A DNA stretch of 64,000 bases from Endomicrobiales bacterium (lineage in GTDB: Bacteria > Elusimicrobiota > Endomicrobiia > Endomicrobiales > CAWCFT01). Positions 9,937-21,972 of this stretch are shown here, piece after piece (the stretch's first letter is position 1; the number at the start of each line of letters is the position of its first letter). The notes under the pieces were generated by a model. That model did no database searches. It saw nothing but the letters and a program-made list of their open reading frames with translations, and was not told where the DNA came from. The stretch is taken from the NCBI GenBank assembly GCA_963794945.1, contig CAWCFT010000017.1:55303-119302 (forward strand), given 5' to 3'. Made by a program: the position numbers and the translations under genes.

Positions 9937-11568
9937 TCACCGCTCTCTGGATATTCCGTAACGCCGAATCAGGGCGTTTGTCGAGCTATCATGTTTGAGC
10001 TGGTGACCGGCCCCGGCCTCGATTTCGGGTATGATGCGCGCAGAAAGCGCCTTGCCCAGCTCTACCCCCCACTGGTCAAATGAATCAATGTTCCAAATAG
10101 CGCCCTGAGTGAAAACGCAGTGCTCATACAGCGCGACAAGCTTCCCCAGAGCCTCGGGTGTTAAGCACTCCAAAAGGATCGTGCTGGACGGACGGTTGCC
10201 CTCAAAGGTTTTGTGTGGCGCAATCCATGCCGGCGCGCCTTCGGATAAAACCTCCTGAGTTGTTTTGCCGAAAGCCAGCGCTTCCGTCTGTGCAAAAACA
10301 TTAGCCATAAGCAAGTCGTGGTGACGCCCGAGAGGATTAAGCGGCTTCATAAACGCTATAAAGTCGCAAGGGATAAGCTTACTTCCCTGGTGAATTAACT
10401 GGTAGAAGGAGTGCTGGCCGTTAGTGCCGGGCTCACCCCAGTAGACAGGAGCGGTCTGGTAAGCGGCCTCGGCCCCGTCAAGAGTTACATGTTTGCCGTT
10501 GCTCTCCATCGTCAACTGTTGGAGGTAAGCCGGAAAGCGTTTGAGATATTGTTCATACGGCAGAACCGCAACAGTTTGCGCTCCAAAAAAGTTGTTGTAC
10601 CATATACCCAGCAACCCCATAAGCGCCGGCAAGTTGCGCTCGAAAGGGGCAGTGCGAAAATGCTCGTCCATCTGGTGAAAGCCGTCCAGCATGGCGCGGA
10701 AATTCTCAGGGCCGATGGCGACCATAGTCGAAAGACCTATAGCAGAATCCATAGAATAGCGGCCGCCGACCCAATCCCAGAATTCGAACATATTCGCGGT
10801 GTCGATGCCGAACTTAGCCACTTCCACGGCATTGGTCGAAACAGCGACAAAATGCCTGGCAATGGCAGCAGGATCTTTCAAAGTTTTAAGGGCCCAGTCG
10901 CGGGCCGTGTGCGCGTTTGTCATAGTCTCCAAAGTCGTAAAGGTTTTAGACGAAATGATAAATAAGGTTTCCTCGGCGTCAAGGCCAAGGACGGCCTCCG
11001 CAAAGTCCGTGCCGTCAACATTTGAAACAAAACGGAAAGTCAGGTTCCGCTGGCTGTAATACCGCAGCGCCTCGTAGGCCATAACCGGCCCCAGATCAGA
11101 CCCGCCGATACCTATATTAACGATGTTGCGAACCGGTTTGCCTGTATAGCCCTTCCATTCCCCGCTGCGCACCCGGTCGGCGAAGCCGGCCATCTTGTCG
11201 AGCACGGCATGGACCTGAGGCACAACATCTTCACCGTCTACTATAATGGACTGCCCTTTGGGGGTTCGCAAGGCCGTGTGCAGGACAGCCCGCTTCTCCG
11301 TGACGTTGATCTTCTCGCCCCTGAACATGGCATCAATGCGATCTTTGAGGCCCGATTCCCCCGCCAACTGCAGCAAGAGTTTAATTGTCTCGCCGGTGAC
11401 CCGGTGCTTCGAATAATCAAAGTAGATGCCGACGGCCTCAACTGTCATGCGCTCACCGCGCTTTGGATCGTCCGAGAAGAGCTTCCGGAGATGCAGCTCT
11501 TTGATTTTTGTGTAATGGGTTTCGAGAGCCTGCCACGCGGCGAGTTTTGTGAGCGGTTTCTTTGTCAT
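9937..11568 (-). CDS. pgi: Glucose-6-phosphate isomerase
   Basis: [46 protein letters not shown]. Confidence 0.97.
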   Translation of the reverse strand: MTKKPLTKLAAWQALETHYTKIKELHLRKLFSDDPKRGERMTVEAVGIYFDYSKHRVTGETIKLLLQLAGESGLKDRIDAMFRGEKINVTEKRAVLHTALRTPKGQSIIVDGEDVVPQVHAVLDKMAGFADRVRSGEWKGYTGKPVRNIVNIGIGGSDLGPVMAYEALRYYSQRNLTFRFVSNVDGTDFAEAVLGLDAEETLFIISSKTFTTLETMTNAHTARDWALKTLKDPAAIARHFVAVSTNAVEVAKFGIDTANMFEFWDWVGGRYSMDSAIGLSTMVAIGPENFRAMLDGFHQMDEHFRTAPFERNLPALMGLLGIWYNNFFGAQTVAVLPYEQYLKRFPAYLQQLTMESNGKHVTLDGAEAAYQTAPVYWGEPGTNGQHSFYQLIHQGSKLIPCDFIAFMKPLNPLGRHHDLLMANVFAQTEALAFGKTTQEVLSEGAPAWIAPHKTFEGNRPSSTILLECLTPEALGKLVALYEHCVFTQGAIWNIDSFDQWGVELGKALSARIIPEIEAGAGHQLKHDSSTNALIRRYGISRER

Positions 11569-11579
11569 GTTAATTCCTT

Positions 11580-12449
11580 TTAATCCGTTAATTGTTTGCG
11601 AATAGCTGTCAATTCCTGCAGGCGTTTTGCGCTGGTCTTGGGATATGCCATTTTAAGTTCATCGAGCGCGTCGAGGACGATTTGTGAAACGATCAACCGG
11701 GCGTTCTCCTTGTCATCCGCTGGAACGACGTACCAGGGCGCGTGATCGGCGCTTGTCTCGCTCAGGCAGGCTTCATAAGCCTTCATATAATGCTTCCAAT
11801 ACTTCCTCTCGCGAATGTCTGACAGGCTGAATTTCCAGTTCTTCTCCGGCTCATTAATGCGCTCAAAGAAACGTTTTCTTTGTTCTTTTTTCGACAAGTG
11901 GAGGAAAATCTTAACGATCCGCGTGCCGTTACGGTGAAGATGCTTCTCCAAATCCGTTATGGAACGATATCTTTCCTTCCAAATGGACTTCTCGTCTATC
12001 AACTCATCGGGAAGCCCCTGCCCCCTTAGTATCTCCGGATGCACGCGCACAACGAGCACTTCTTCATAATAGGAACGATTGAAGATGCCGATCCGCCCGC
12101 GTTCGGGCAGATGACGGGTCGTGCGCCAGAGAAAATCATGTTTCAGCTCCTCGGCGCTCGGTTGTTTGAAACTGAAAACCTGGCAGCCCTGCGGGTTGAC
12201 CCCTGACATTACGTGCCGAATGGCGCCGTCCTTGCCGCCTGAATCCATCCCCTGAAAAATGAGCAGCAGCGCGTAGCGGCCCGAAGCATAGTGAAGGCGC
12301 TGCAACGAACTCATTTTCTCGACGTGTTCTTCCAGGAGTTTTTGATAGTTCTTCTTAGACTTGAAAAAAGGCTTGACTTTTGTCGGCCAATCAGCGAGAC
12401 TGATCTTCTTTCCCGGTCGTACGCAGAAATCCTTTGACTTAATTTTCAT
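11580..12449 (-). CDS. ppk2: Polyphosphate kinase 2 family protein
   Basis: [11 protein letters not shown]alker [30 protein letters not shown] before MKIKSK. Confidence 0.92.
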   Translation of the reverse strand: MKIKSKDFCVRPGKKISLADWPTKVKPFFKSKKNYQKLLEEHVEKMSSLQRLHYASGRYALLLIFQGMDSGGKDGAIRHVMSGVNPQGCQVFSFKQPSAEELKHDFLWRTTRHLPERGRIGIFNRSYYEEVLVVRVHPEILRGQGLPDELIDEKSIWKERYRSITDLEKHLHRNGTRIVKIFLHLSKKEQRKRFFERINEPEKNWKFSLSDIRERKYWKHYMKAYEACLSETSADHAPWYVVPADDKENARLIVSQIVLDALDELKMAYPKTSAKRLQELTAIRKQLTD

Positions 12450-12487
12450 CTTAACTCCTTCGTGCCGCGAGTTATGCAAAGTTGCGC

Positions 12488-13528
12488 TTATTTGAGAGGG
12501 TTGGTTGATATACTTTCCATCGCGGCATTGTATTCACCGAGGCGCGCGGCACGGTTGCACGCGGCTCGATGGTACAGAGCTTGCTGTGCAGCGGGGACAT
12601 TGGCTTCCTCGCCTTTCCAAATCTCCAAAGCCGGCTGTTGGATCGCGCGGGCAAACGAGAATGCCAGCGCCCAGGGCAATCGCGATTTAAACCTTAAATT
12701 CATGGCATTCAAACGCGCCGAAGCAAGCGCAGCTGATTGCCCTCCAGACAAAAACGCAATTCCAGGAACGGCGGCGGGCACGGCCCGCAATGGACACTTC
12801 ACCGTGGCGTCGGCAACTTCGTCCACTGTTTTCTGTTCGGGACAAGCCAATCCAGGAACCACCATGTTGGGCTTAAGTATCATACCCTCAAGCATTACCC
12901 GTTGTATGTAAAGTTGGTTGAAAACTGTTTTAAGGACTTCCTCCGTTACCTCAAAACACCGTTCGATGGTATGTCCACCATCCATGAGCACTTCCGGCTC
13001 GACGATGGGTACCAGGCCTGCTTCCTGACACAAGGCGGCATAGCGTGCCAGCGCGTGAGCGTTTGCCTCGATACAAGCCCGGCTTGGAATACCTTCGGAG
13101 ATGGCGATCACAGTGCGCCACTTGGCGAACCGGGCGCCCATTTTAAAGTATTCGGACAGGCGGCTTCGCAATCCGTCAAGACCTTCAGTTACCTTCTCTC
13201 CGGGATGGCCTGCCATATCCTTTGCGCCGGTGTCCACCTTGATTCCTGGAATTATCCTCGCGTCAGTAATGACTTTGATGAATGGAGTCCCGTCTTTTTT
13301 GGACTGTCGTATGGTCTCATCATAAAGGATAACGCCGCTGATAGATTCACTTAAACCCGGAGTTGTAACTATCAACTCCCGATAGGCTCGTCGGGCCTCT
13401 ACTGTTTGTGGAATACCCAACTTGGCGAATCGTTTATCGCAGGTTGAATTACTTTCATCCATAGCTAACAGGCCCTTGTCTCCGGCGACCATCGTTTTGG
13501 CTGTTGCTATAAGCTGCTGTTCGTTCAT
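12488..13528 (-). CDS. fba: Class I fructose-bisphosphate aldolase
   Basis: [25 protein letters not shown], Schiff-base Lys in ILKPNMV, FLSGGQS. Confidence 0.93.
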   Translation of the reverse strand: MNEQQLIATAKTMVAGDKGLLAMDESNSTCDKRFAKLGIPQTVEARRAYRELIVTTPGLSESISGVILYDETIRQSKKDGTPFIKVITDARIIPGIKVDTGAKDMAGHPGEKVTEGLDGLRSRLSEYFKMGARFAKWRTVIAISEGIPSRACIEANAHALARYAALCQEAGLVPIVEPEVLMDGGHTIERCFEVTEEVLKTVFNQLYIQRVMLEGMILKPNMVVPGLACPEQKTVDEVADATVKCPLRAVPAAVPGIAFLSGGQSAALASARLNAMNLRFKSRLPWALAFSFARAIQQPALEIWKGEEANVPAAQQALYHRAACNRAARLGEYNAAMESISTNPLK

Positions 13529-15894
13529 TTGTTATTACCCCACTTCCAGTTGCGGACCTCCGGCATGTCAAGCCCATTTTTGTCGATATACTTTCTGTGT
13601 TCGACAAGTTTATCCTCCAGCATCTTTTTGAGCTTGGCGCCTTTTGCGCCCAACTGCGGCAGGCGGCTTATAGCGTCGAGCGCCAGGTGGAACCTGTCAA
13701 GTCCGTTCAAGACCGTCATATCGAAATAAGTCGTGATGGTGCCCTCTTCCTTGTAGCCGTGAACGTGCATATTTTGATGGTTATTGCGGCGGTATGTCAG
13801 CAGGTGGACAAGCTTTGGGTATCCATGGAACGCGAAGATGACCGGTTTATCTTTCGTAAATAAAGCGTCGAACTCCTGCTCCTTCAATCCGTGCGGATGC
13901 TGCGTGTCCGATTCCAGTTTCATCAGATCGACAACGTTTATAACGCGGACCTTCAGTTCCGGCAGATGTTCGCGCAGGATTGAAACGGCGGCAAGGCACT
14001 CAAGCGTAGGCACGTCGCCGCAGCAGGCCATCACCACGTCCGGTTCCCCGCCATTATCACTGCAGGCCCATTTCCATACGCCTATCCCTTGTGTGCAATG
14101 TTCTATCGCGGCGTCCATATCCAGCCATTGGGGCGCCTGGTATTTTCCCGCTATCACTACGTTAACATAATGCCTGCTCCTTAAACAATGATCCCAAATC
14201 GACAGCAGGCAGTTGGCGTCAGGCGCAAGATACACGCGCACGATTGAGGCCTTCTTGTTTACAACGTGATCTATGAAGCCTGGGTCTTGATGGGTAAAAC
14301 CGTTGTGAGCCTGTTGCCAGATATGTGAGGCAAGCAGATAGTTTAGTGACGCGATCTTGCGCCGCCACGGCAACTCCGCCGTGACTTTTAACCACTTGGC
14401 GTGCTGGTTGAACATCGAATCGATTATGTGAACGAAAGCCTCATAGCAATTGAACAGCCCGTGCCGACCCGTGAGCAGATAACCTTCCAGCCACCCTTCG
14501 CATTGATGTTCGCTGAGCGCCTCCATTATCCGGCCGTCGGTCGCGAGAAACTCGTCGTTGTCTTTTGTCCTGGCTTCCCACTGGCGGTTGGTGACCTCAA
14601 AAACGGCATTCAACCTGTTGGAAAGAGTTTCGTCAGGGCCGAATATCCTGAAATTCCGCTGCTCCTTATTAAGGCTTGCCACATCGCGCAAAAACACTCC
14701 GAGCGCATTCGCGTCAGAGGCTTCGACCGCTCCCGGAGCCGGCACTTTCACAGCATATTTCCGAAAGTCCGGCATAACAAGGTCTTTCAGAACCAACCCG
14801 CCGTTTGTGTGAGGGTTGGCGCCCATTCTTCGCTTGCCTTTGGGCGCAAGCTCCGCCAGTTCCGGTATGAGACGCCCTTCTTTATCAAAAAGTTCCTCCG
14901 CTTTATAGATTTTCATCCAGCTTTCAAGGATCTTTAGATGGTCAGGATGCTCTTTGTCAACCAGCAAAGGTATCTGATGGGCCCGGAATGTGCCCTCGAT
15001 CTGTAGTCCGTCGACGACTTTCGGTCCTGTCCAGCCCTTTGGCGAATTGAGCACGATCATCGGCCAGCGTGGCCGCGTAGTGTCGTTCTTGCTGCGCGCG
15101 TTGTTTTGAATATCTCTAATACTTTCTATAACCTCTTCTAAAGCGCCCGCCATGAGCTGATGCATTTTTTCAGGGTCATCGCCTTCCACAAAGTAGGGAG
15201 TCCAGCCGCAGCCTCGAAGGAATTGCTCCAGTTCCTCGCGCTCTATGCGGGCAAGAATGGTCGGGTTGGCTATTTTATAGCCGTTAAGATGCAGGATAGG
15301 CAGCACAGCCCCGTCTGTGATGGGATTGAGAAATTTGTTGGAGTGCCATGCGGTCGCGAGAGGCCCTGTCTCCGCTTCTCCGTCGCCGATAACGCAAGTA
15401 ACGATCAAATCGGGATTATCGAACGCGGCTCCGAAAGCGTGGCTAAGCGAATAGCCCAGCTCGCCGCCTTCGTGGATAGACCCGGGCGTCGTAGGAGCGA
15501 CATGGCTCGAAATACCGCCGGGAAATGAAAATTGCTTGAACAACTTTCTTAAGCCGTCTTCATCCCGGGTGATGTCCGGATAAACCTCGCTCCAGGTGCC
15601 TTCCAGGTAAACATTTCCCACAACAGCCGGGCCGCCGTGGCCCGGGCCCGCGACATAGAACATATTGAGGTCATATTTTTTGATGACCCGGTTTAGATGC
15701 GCGTAGATAAAGTTCTGGCCTGGCGTCGTGCCCCAGTGACCGAGCAGCATGGATTTCACGTGCGACAGTTTCAACGGCTTGCGCAGAAGGGGGTTCTCGT
15801 GCAGATAAAGCTGGCCGACAGACAGGTAGTTAGCCGCGCGCCAGTAAGCGTTTATTTTGTTAAGCAATTCCGGTGACAGTACGTTGCTATTCAT
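13525..15894 (-). CDS. xfp: Xylulose-5-P/fructose-6-P phosphoketolase
   Basis: [19 protein letters not shown] motif [29 protein letters not shown]. Confidence 0.96.
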   Translation of the reverse strand: MNSNVLSPELLNKINAYWRAANYLSVGQLYLHENPLLRKPLKLSHVKSMLLGHWGTTPGQNFIYAHLNRVIKKYDLNMFYVAGPGHGGPAVVGNVYLEGTWSEVYPDITRDEDGLRKLFKQFSFPGGISSHVAPTTPGSIHEGGELGYSLSHAFGAAFDNPDLIVTCVIGDGEAETGPLATAWHSNKFLNPITDGAVLPILHLNGYKIANPTILARIEREELEQFLRGCGWTPYFVEGDDPEKMHQLMAGALEEVIESIRDIQNNARSKNDTTRPRWPMIVLNSPKGWTGPKVVDGLQIEGTFRAHQIPLLVDKEHPDHLKILESWMKIYKAEELFDKEGRLIPELAELAPKGKRRMGANPHTNGGLVLKDLVMPDFRKYAVKVPAPGAVEASDANALGVFLRDVASLNKEQRNFRIFGPDETLSNRLNAVFEVTNRQWEARTKDNDEFLATDGRIMEALSEHQCEGWLEGYLLTGRHGLFNCYEAFVHIIDSMFNQHAKWLKVTAELPWRRKIASLNYLLASHIWQQAHNGFTHQDPGFIDHVVNKKASIVRVYLAPDANCLLSIWDHCLRSRHYVNVVIAGKYQAPQWLDMDAAIEHCTQGIGVWKWACSDNGGEPDVVMACCGDVPTLECLAAVSILREHLPELKVRVINVVDLMKLESDTQHPHGLKEQEFDALFTKDKPVIFAFHGYPKLVHLLTYRRNNHQNMHVHGYKEEGTITTYFDMTVLNGLDRFHLALDAISRLPQLGAKGAKLKKMLEDKLVEHRKYIDKNGLDMPEVRNWKWGNNK

Positions 15895-15922
15895 GGTTAA
15901 ATTCTCCTTGTTTAATTAATCC

Positions 15923-16756
15923 CTAACGCGCGATTATATGTTCTTTGTCACTATGAATGCCGCAAACTGCTTCCTCCCGTTTGCTTTTACGAGCATGCTT
16001 TTGGCCAACCGGTTCATCAGCCCAGTATCCCTGGCGATTGTAATGTTGATGCAGTTCGGCCTCATAATCCCTGGTTATCAAAGACTCGTCCGTGTATTCC
16101 GGCGACTGTTTGACGGCCTCTCTGGAAAGATTGACGAAAACTTTCGACTCACTCCAACTGACGCGCTCTATCCATTTCGGGGAAACCAGCACCTTTTTAC
16201 CAGGCCACCAGTTATGTGTATTGATGATTAAATAGCGAATCTCCCATGTCATATCATCTATTATAAAATCCTCAACGTGGCCGATCTCGCCATCTGAAGC
16301 TTGTATGTGATGGCCGCTCACATCATCGGTGCTGCGTAAATGGGGGTCAAATGCTTTCTTGTTTTTCATTAATTTTTTCCATTTCTTAGGGCCGCGCACA
16401 ATATATGGAGAAGGCCCCCACGTATATGGGCCGTTCCAATACATCGGCCATCCATAATGGCCGTAATACGCCTCCTCGTATTGCCTGGAAACGGGCTTGT
16501 GGCTGTCCAGGGGCGGGCTATCCTCAATTTGCTTTTTTGTCAAATCAATGCCGATGCTCTGCTCTTCTTTATGTATGGCAACCAGCGAATACGGAGAGAT
16601 TAACACCTGCCTGTCCGAAAGCCAGTTTCCTGCGTCAACTACCAGATAGCGAATCGTCCAGTAGTGGTCATCAAAAAAGAATTCTTTGACTTTCCCTATT
16701 TCCCCATCGAGACTATGCAATTTGTAACCTGTTAATGTTGTGGCTTTGTTTAACAT
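15923..16756 (-). CDS. Tandem PRC-barrel domain protein
   Basis: Two repeats of GxxxxxxDGEIGxVxxFxxDDxxWxIRYLxx...W...VLxSP. Confidence 0.85.
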   Translation of the reverse strand: MLNKATTLTGYKLHSLDGEIGKVKEFFFDDHYWTIRYLVVDAGNWLSDRQVLISPYSLVAIHKEEQSIGIDLTKKQIEDSPPLDSHKPVSRQYEEAYYGHYGWPMYWNGPYTWGPSPYIVRGPKKWKKLMKNKKAFDPHLRSTDDVSGHHIQASDGEIGHVEDFIIDDMTWEIRYLIINTHNWWPGKKVLVSPKWIERVSWSESKVFVNLSREAVKQSPEYTDESLITRDYEAELHQHYNRQGYWADEPVGQKHARKSKREEAVCGIHSDKEHIIAR

Positions 16757-16777
16757 GATATACTCCTTTATGTTGCG

Positions 16778-16840
16778 TTTCGCCTTCGGCGAAACTTACC
16801 TTCACTTTCGTTCAAGTTGTTTCCGCTTCGCGGGATTCTC
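16778..16840. repeat. Two GC-rich hairpins (GTTTCGCC-TTCG-GCGAAAC; TCCGC-TTC-GCGGG) inside the operon
   Basis: Inverted repeats visible between the BON and PRC-barrel genes; possibly REP-like or mRNA-stabilising. Confidence 0.4.
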
Positions 16841-16901
16841 TCAACCTTTCCAATCGGATTAACTTCACCTTGTTCTTCAACTTGTCACAATGGTGACAGG
16901 T

Positions 16902-18473
16902 TTATCTAACGGTAACATTGTTATAGACCCGGCTTGCGCCGCCCTGGTAGGCATAATCAGTCAGTTTGTTATACTCAAACCAGCCGGTGACCGCGCCGGT
17001 GAGCGTGGCAACCCCGTTCGCCACTTTTACGGTGATGTCGTCAAGGTTCACCCACGGGCTCCAGAACATATCTTCCTTTATATTCGCCTCTGTTTCCGCA
17101 TCGCTGATATAGTTCCACCTGTTGGGGTGGTATGGTTGATACTCATTCCAGTAATAAGAAGGCGTATAACCCCAGTCAGGATCGTAACTTAAATCGTAAT
17201 AGTCCAGGGACGGCGAGTTGACCTTGATGTTGTTTTTCACATTCATCGCGCCGTTTGCCAGCGAAGCGATATCGTCCGCTTGCGCTTTCTCATAGTTAGA
17301 ATCTACGTTGCCGCTGAGAGTAATGACACCGTTCTTCGCTTTCACCTCGATATCATAATTTTCGAGGGCAGAATCAAGCAAAATGGCCGAGAATACGTTC
17401 TGCGCAAGCTCGATATCCGGCACCGGTTTGGCCGGGCGGATCTTAAGCAGGTTCTTTACGCGCCAAACCCCGACGGTATTTTTCGCATCCTGTTCGGCGG
17501 CGCGTTTGGCTTTGAGATTATTGACAATACCGCTGAGCGTTACGGCGCCATTCTCCACGTCCACTCCGGGCCCAAACGAGAAAACGCGCGGATCAAATAC
17601 GAACGCGTCAAGCACCGCCTGTTTGATCTGTGAATCGTCTTTAAATGTAACTATCTCCTTACGCTGGCCCCTCGCCCTGGCCCACGGCTCAACCTTCAGC
17701 CCCTCGGCGTTCACCGATTTTACTCCGGCAGTCATCGCTAAAAGAACAGCCAGGTCATTCTGCGCGGGGGTGCCCACTTCGCCGGTCAGCGTCACCACTC
17801 CGTCCTTAACATTCGTATTGATGAAGTTCGGTTCCAGCCATACACTGATAGCGATGGCGCGTTTCACATCGTTAGCGATCTCCGCGTCAGTGCGTTTGCC
17901 GGTGTTCTTTATACTGATATTGTCTCTCACATCCCTCACACCCTTTACTCTTTCGGTGTCGTGCATCGCGATCCGTTTTTCGCGGAAAGACTGCACGGCG
18001 CCGTTGAGCGTCACGACACCTTCTTTGACAGATGGCTCGATATTGAATGAACTCGTAGCCGCGTCATAAAGCAGCGCGGCTTTAACGTCCTTACTGATCT
18101 CTTTGTCCGTCCTAGATGAAACTTTTAGTTCGATGGTATTTACTACCCCGCGCACGCCGCGGATGGTCTCGGCTATCTTAACCGCGCGCTCTTTGGCCAT
18201 CAGCTGATTCACCGTGCCTGAGAGTGTGACAATCCCGTCATTAACTTTCACATCGATCTGTTCATTGAGCATTTCCGAGTCCGAGAGAAGCATTTGATCG
18301 ACAGCGTTTGCGATCTGCTGATCGGTCATCATCTTTTGCTCTTTGGGCACAGCCCAGCAGGCGGCAGAAGCAAACGCGAGGCATACTGCCGCTACGAGCG
18401 CCATAGCCGCTTTTCGTCCCATGCGGCGATCATTCAATTTACAGATTTTGAACATCTTTATTTTGTTCAACAT
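16902..18473 (-). CDS. Multi-BON-domain periplasmic protein (~6 BON repeats)
   Basis: Signal peptide followed by repeated V-x-x-G-V-V-T-L-x-G-x-V...G-V-x-x-V-x-N motifs. Confidence 0.9.
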   Translation of the reverse strand: MLNKIKMFKICKLNDRRMGRKAAMALVAAVCLAFASAACWAVPKEQKMMTDQQIANAVDQMLLSDSEMLNEQIDVKVNDGIVTLSGTVNQLMAKERAVKIAETIRGVRGVVNTIELKVSSRTDKEISKDVKAALLYDAATSSFNIEPSVKEGVVTLNGAVQSFREKRIAMHDTERVKGVRDVRDNISIKNTGKRTDAEIANDVKRAIAISVWLEPNFINTNVKDGVVTLTGEVGTPAQNDLAVLLAMTAGVKSVNAEGLKVEPWARARGQRKEIVTFKDDSQIKQAVLDAFVFDPRVFSFGPGVDVENGAVTLSGIVNNLKAKRAAEQDAKNTVGVWRVKNLLKIRPAKPVPDIELAQNVFSAILLDSALENYDIEVKAKNGVITLSGNVDSNYEKAQADDIASLANGAMNVKNNIKVNSPSLDYYDLSYDPDWGYTPSYYWNEYQPYHPNRWNYISDAETEANIKEDMFWSPWVNLDDITVKVANGVATLTGAVTGWFEYNKLTDYAYQGGASRVYNNVTVR

Positions 18474-18552
18474 AATAATTCTCCTTTTATCTTTAAGTAT
18501 TTTTTCTGCTCACAGTCGTCCTCCGGCTGACAGTGTATTTGATAAACATTTT

Positions 18553-19782
18553 TCAGATTCCTTTTTTAAACATTCTATTAAACCCGAGTACGCCGCATAC
18601 CAGGCGCGCTATCATCAGTTCTTCGTCCGTGTGAATGACGCGGACCATGGCACGGCTGGTATCAGTGGAAATCACGCCTTTATTTGTCGCATTGCGCTTT
18701 TCTTCAAGTTCGATCCCAAGAAATCCGAGCCCGTCACAAATTCGCGAGCGGACGAGCGGCGCATTTTCACCTATGCCTCCTGCGAAGACCAGCGTGTCCA
18801 ATCCGCCCAGCGCGGCGAAGGAACCGATCCATTTCTTGACCTGATAGCAAAATAACGCGACCGCTTCAGCCGCCCGGGCGTCTTTCGCTTCCATGCCGAG
18901 CAAATCATGCATATCGGAACTGGTTTCAGAAACGCCAAGCAGGCCTGATTGAAAATTGACCATCTCGTTGAATAGTTTCGCGTCTAAACCTTCCGTGCGC
19001 GCCATATACCAATGAAGTCCGGGATCAAGATCGCCCGAGCGTGTGCTCATCGGCACTCCCGCAACAGGAGTAAAACTCATGCTTGTGTCTATTGATTTAC
19101 CTTTAAGCACTGCCGCAAGGCTCGCTCCATTTCCGAGATGGGCTAAGATCACCCGGCCTTGCGCCGCTTCCCTTCCTGCCAGACTGGCCAGCTCTTCCAT
19201 CAGGAACGCGTATGACAACCCGTGAAAACCGTACCGCCGTACTCCCTTCGCTTCATATCGGCGCGGGATTGGCAGCATCCGCGCTACGCGCGGCATGTCA
19301 TGGTGAAAAGCCGTGTCGAAACAAGCTACTTGTGCCAGGTCCGGGAACCGGCGCGCGAACGACTCGGTCAACAGTATCTCTTCAGGTAGATGTTCAGGGT
19401 CAAACGGGCTTAAAGAGTGCAACTCCTTGACCATTGCCGTGGTGATAAGCTGTGGTTCGCTATACCTTGGCCCGCCATGCACCACGCGATGACCCACTGC
19501 GGCCAAAGTGTCCTTCCCAAAACGTTCATCTATCCAATCCATCAGTGCGCCAACCGCAAATGTGTGGTCGGGAGCCGAAAGCTTCCGTGAAAAGCTGTCT
19601 GCCGGATTTATGGCTTTCACCCGGAAAACAGCGTCGGCCAATCCGATTCGCTCGATACCGCCGTCCATAATCCGCAGAAGCTTGTCGCCGGTTTCGAACA
19701 CCGCGAACTTGATGCTCGATGAGCCGCCATTAATCGTAAGTATGCGCGGGTTAACCAGGTTCACAGATGATCCCTTAATCAT
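18553..19782 (-). CDS. ackA: Acetate/propionate kinase
   Basis: LTINGGSSSIKF, VGHRVVHGG, FDTAFH, RRYGFHGLSY, HLGNGAS, GGIGEN; start uncertain. Confidence 0.95.
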   Translation of the reverse strand: MIKGSSVNLVNPRILTINGGSSSIKFAVFETGDKLLRIMDGGIERIGLADAVFRVKAINPADSFSRKLSAPDHTFAVGALMDWIDERFGKDTLAAVGHRVVHGGPRYSEPQLITTAMVKELHSLSPFDPEHLPEEILLTESFARRFPDLAQVACFDTAFHHDMPRVARMLPIPRRYEAKGVRRYGFHGLSYAFLMEELASLAGREAAQGRVILAHLGNGASLAAVLKGKSIDTSMSFTPVAGVPMSTRSGDLDPGLHWYMARTEGLDAKLFNEMVNFQSGLLGVSETSSDMHDLLGMEAKDARAAEAVALFCYQVKKWIGSFAALGGLDTLVFAGGIGENAPLVRSRICDGLGFLGIELEEKRNATNKGVISTDTSRAMVRVIHTDEELMIARLVCGVLGFNRMFKKGI

Positions 19783-20407
19783 TCTGCAGCTCCAACCCAA
19801 ATGAGGCCAGTTTCGAGCGCGTGGATTTATAATCCGTGTGGAGAATGCTTCGGATCCCTAAACCTTCCGCAATCTCGACGAACATCGGGGTGTTTTCTAT
19901 ATATACAACCTTATCGGCTGCAACCCTCACGGTATCGAGCGCAAGCCGAAAAATATCCTTGTCGGGTTTTCTCAAGTGGACGAAACAGGACGAAACGAAA
20001 TAATCCACGAATCCGTCAAGTTTGAACTTACTGATACGGTACTCGTTTATCTCGCGCCCTTCGTTGCTGACTACGGTGATCTTCAGCCCATAACGCTCTT
20101 TAAGCCCTCGCACAAGCTCTATCATTTCGGGATAGGGCTTTGACTGCGCGTACATGAAGTTCAAAAATTGAGTCTGAGTAAACGGCCGTTTTTTGTAGAA
20201 CACAAGCCGCTTTAAATATTCTTTAAGGGTTAGCTTGCCCAACTCATATGTATCGAGGGCCTCTTTATGACGGTTTTCCATCTCTTCAAAATCCAAGTTG
20301 AATGTTTTGCTCGCCAATTTACCGGCCTTATGGCTCCACCCGTCGGTGAGCAGAACACCGCCGATATCGATGAACAATGTTGTAATTAATCCGCTTTTTC
20401 TCATCAC
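19775..20407 (-). CDS. HAD-family phosphatase
   Basis: DIGGVL motif I, VSN, RKPD. Confidence 0.85.
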   Translation of the reverse strand: MMRKSGLITTLFIDIGGVLLTDGWSHKAGKLASKTFNLDFEEMENRHKEALDTYELGKLTLKEYLKRLVFYKKRPFTQTQFLNFMYAQSKPYPEMIELVRGLKERYGLKITVVSNEGREINEYRISKFKLDGFVDYFVSSCFVHLRKPDKDIFRLALDTVRVAADKVVYIENTPMFVEIAEGLGIRSILHTDYKSTRSKLASFGLELQND

Positions 20408-20474
20408 GCCTCCTGCGAAAATATTTTCACCATATATCGCCCAATACTGATTTTGCCGGAGCTGGACAGGAATC

Positions 20475-21972
20475 TCAGTTCACAAGGCGCCCATGCATCA
20501 TAGTTATACTTCGCAGCCTTTGAGCAAGTTCACTGGTGAGCGCTCCATCCTTCAGCCGCCATCCCCAGTTTCCTTTCGCAACTCCGGGTAAATTCATTCT
20601 CGCATAAGACCCAAGCTCCAGAAGGTCTTGCGCCGGGACAATGGCAATATCAGATTGAGATGCAAATGCCTCACCGATCATTGCCCAGAACAACTTCCTG
20701 GTCGTTGGCTCGCAGCTTTTTCCGCACGGTTTCGCGTTGCGTGTCAGTCAGCTTTCCATACCAGCCTGCCGTTGTATCGTTATCATGCGTTCCGGTATAG
20801 ACCACGGATTGTAACGGATGCTGTTGTTGTGGAACTGAATCGGTTTTGATATTTGAGCTTAACTCGAATTGCAGGACACGAGTGCCCGGGATTTGAAATT
20901 GATTCAGTAAAGCCACCACTTCGGGACTTGTTGCACCGAGATCGTCTCCTATAATAGACAAAGGCCCAAGAGCTTCGCGGACAGCTTTGAAAAAAGACAC
21001 GCCTAAGCCAGTTTGGTAACGCCCGTTCGCAGCCGTCTTGTCCTGCGCGGACACTTCATACGTGCGGACAAAACCGATGAAATGATCCAGCCGGTTGACA
21101 TCAAACCGCCCAGCAGCCGTCTTGAGACGTTCGATCCACCAGCGGTAATTATGCGCCTGAAGCGCCTCCACGTTGTATATGGGAAGGCCCCATAACTGCC
21201 CGGTTTTTGAGAAATAATCGGGGGGGACCCCCGCGACCACCGTAGGATTTCCATCGGTATCAAGTTTGAAAAATTCCTGATGTGCCCAGGCATCGGCGCT
21301 GTGGTGCGCCACAAACAGGGGAATATCACCAATCAACCGGATGCCTTTGTGCGAGCAATAAACTCTTAACTCTTTCCACTGCACGAAAAACTGCCATTGA
21401 ACAAACTTATGATAACGAATATCATCAGCAAGATGTTTCTGCACGCGGATGACGGCGTCTGGCTGGCGCGTTCGCAGCTCTTGCTCCCACCGGGTCCAAT
21501 TCGCGGTGCCCTCTTTGCCCCTGATGGCCGAGAACAACGAAAAGTCGTCAAGCCAGTAAGACTCCGAACTAGCAAATGCGTCGAACTCGGATTGCCTGTC
21601 GTTACGCCGGCACTTTTCAAAATGATCGAAGGCTTTTTTGAGCCATCCCAGTTTCAAGCGTGTCGCAGCGGGATAGTTCACCATTCCCTTATCGCTGTTG
21701 ATGAGAGGCTCTATATCTTGGCGGCCAAGAAACCCTTGCTCAACCAATCGATCGGGACTTATCAGAAGCGGATTACCAGCAAAGGCTGACGGTGAGTTGT
21801 AAGGCGAATTTTCTTCTCCGGTCGGGCCGATGGGAAGCATCTGCCACCACCACTGTCCGCTCTGAACCATGAAATCCACAAAAGCATTTGCCGCCGGACC
21901 CAGGTCGCCGATAGGATAGGGGCTTGCAAGCGAGCTTGGATGGAGAAGTATGCCGGAGGATCGTTGATTCAT
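20475..21972 (-). CDS. malQ: 4-alpha-glucanotransferase (amylomaltase, GH77) (frameshift ~20690)
   Basis: GILLHPSSL, SPYNSPSAFAGN, GVPPDYFSKTGQLWG, RLDHFIG, YTGTHDNDT; the C-terminal part has QDLLELG..RMNLPG..GNW. Confidence 0.92.
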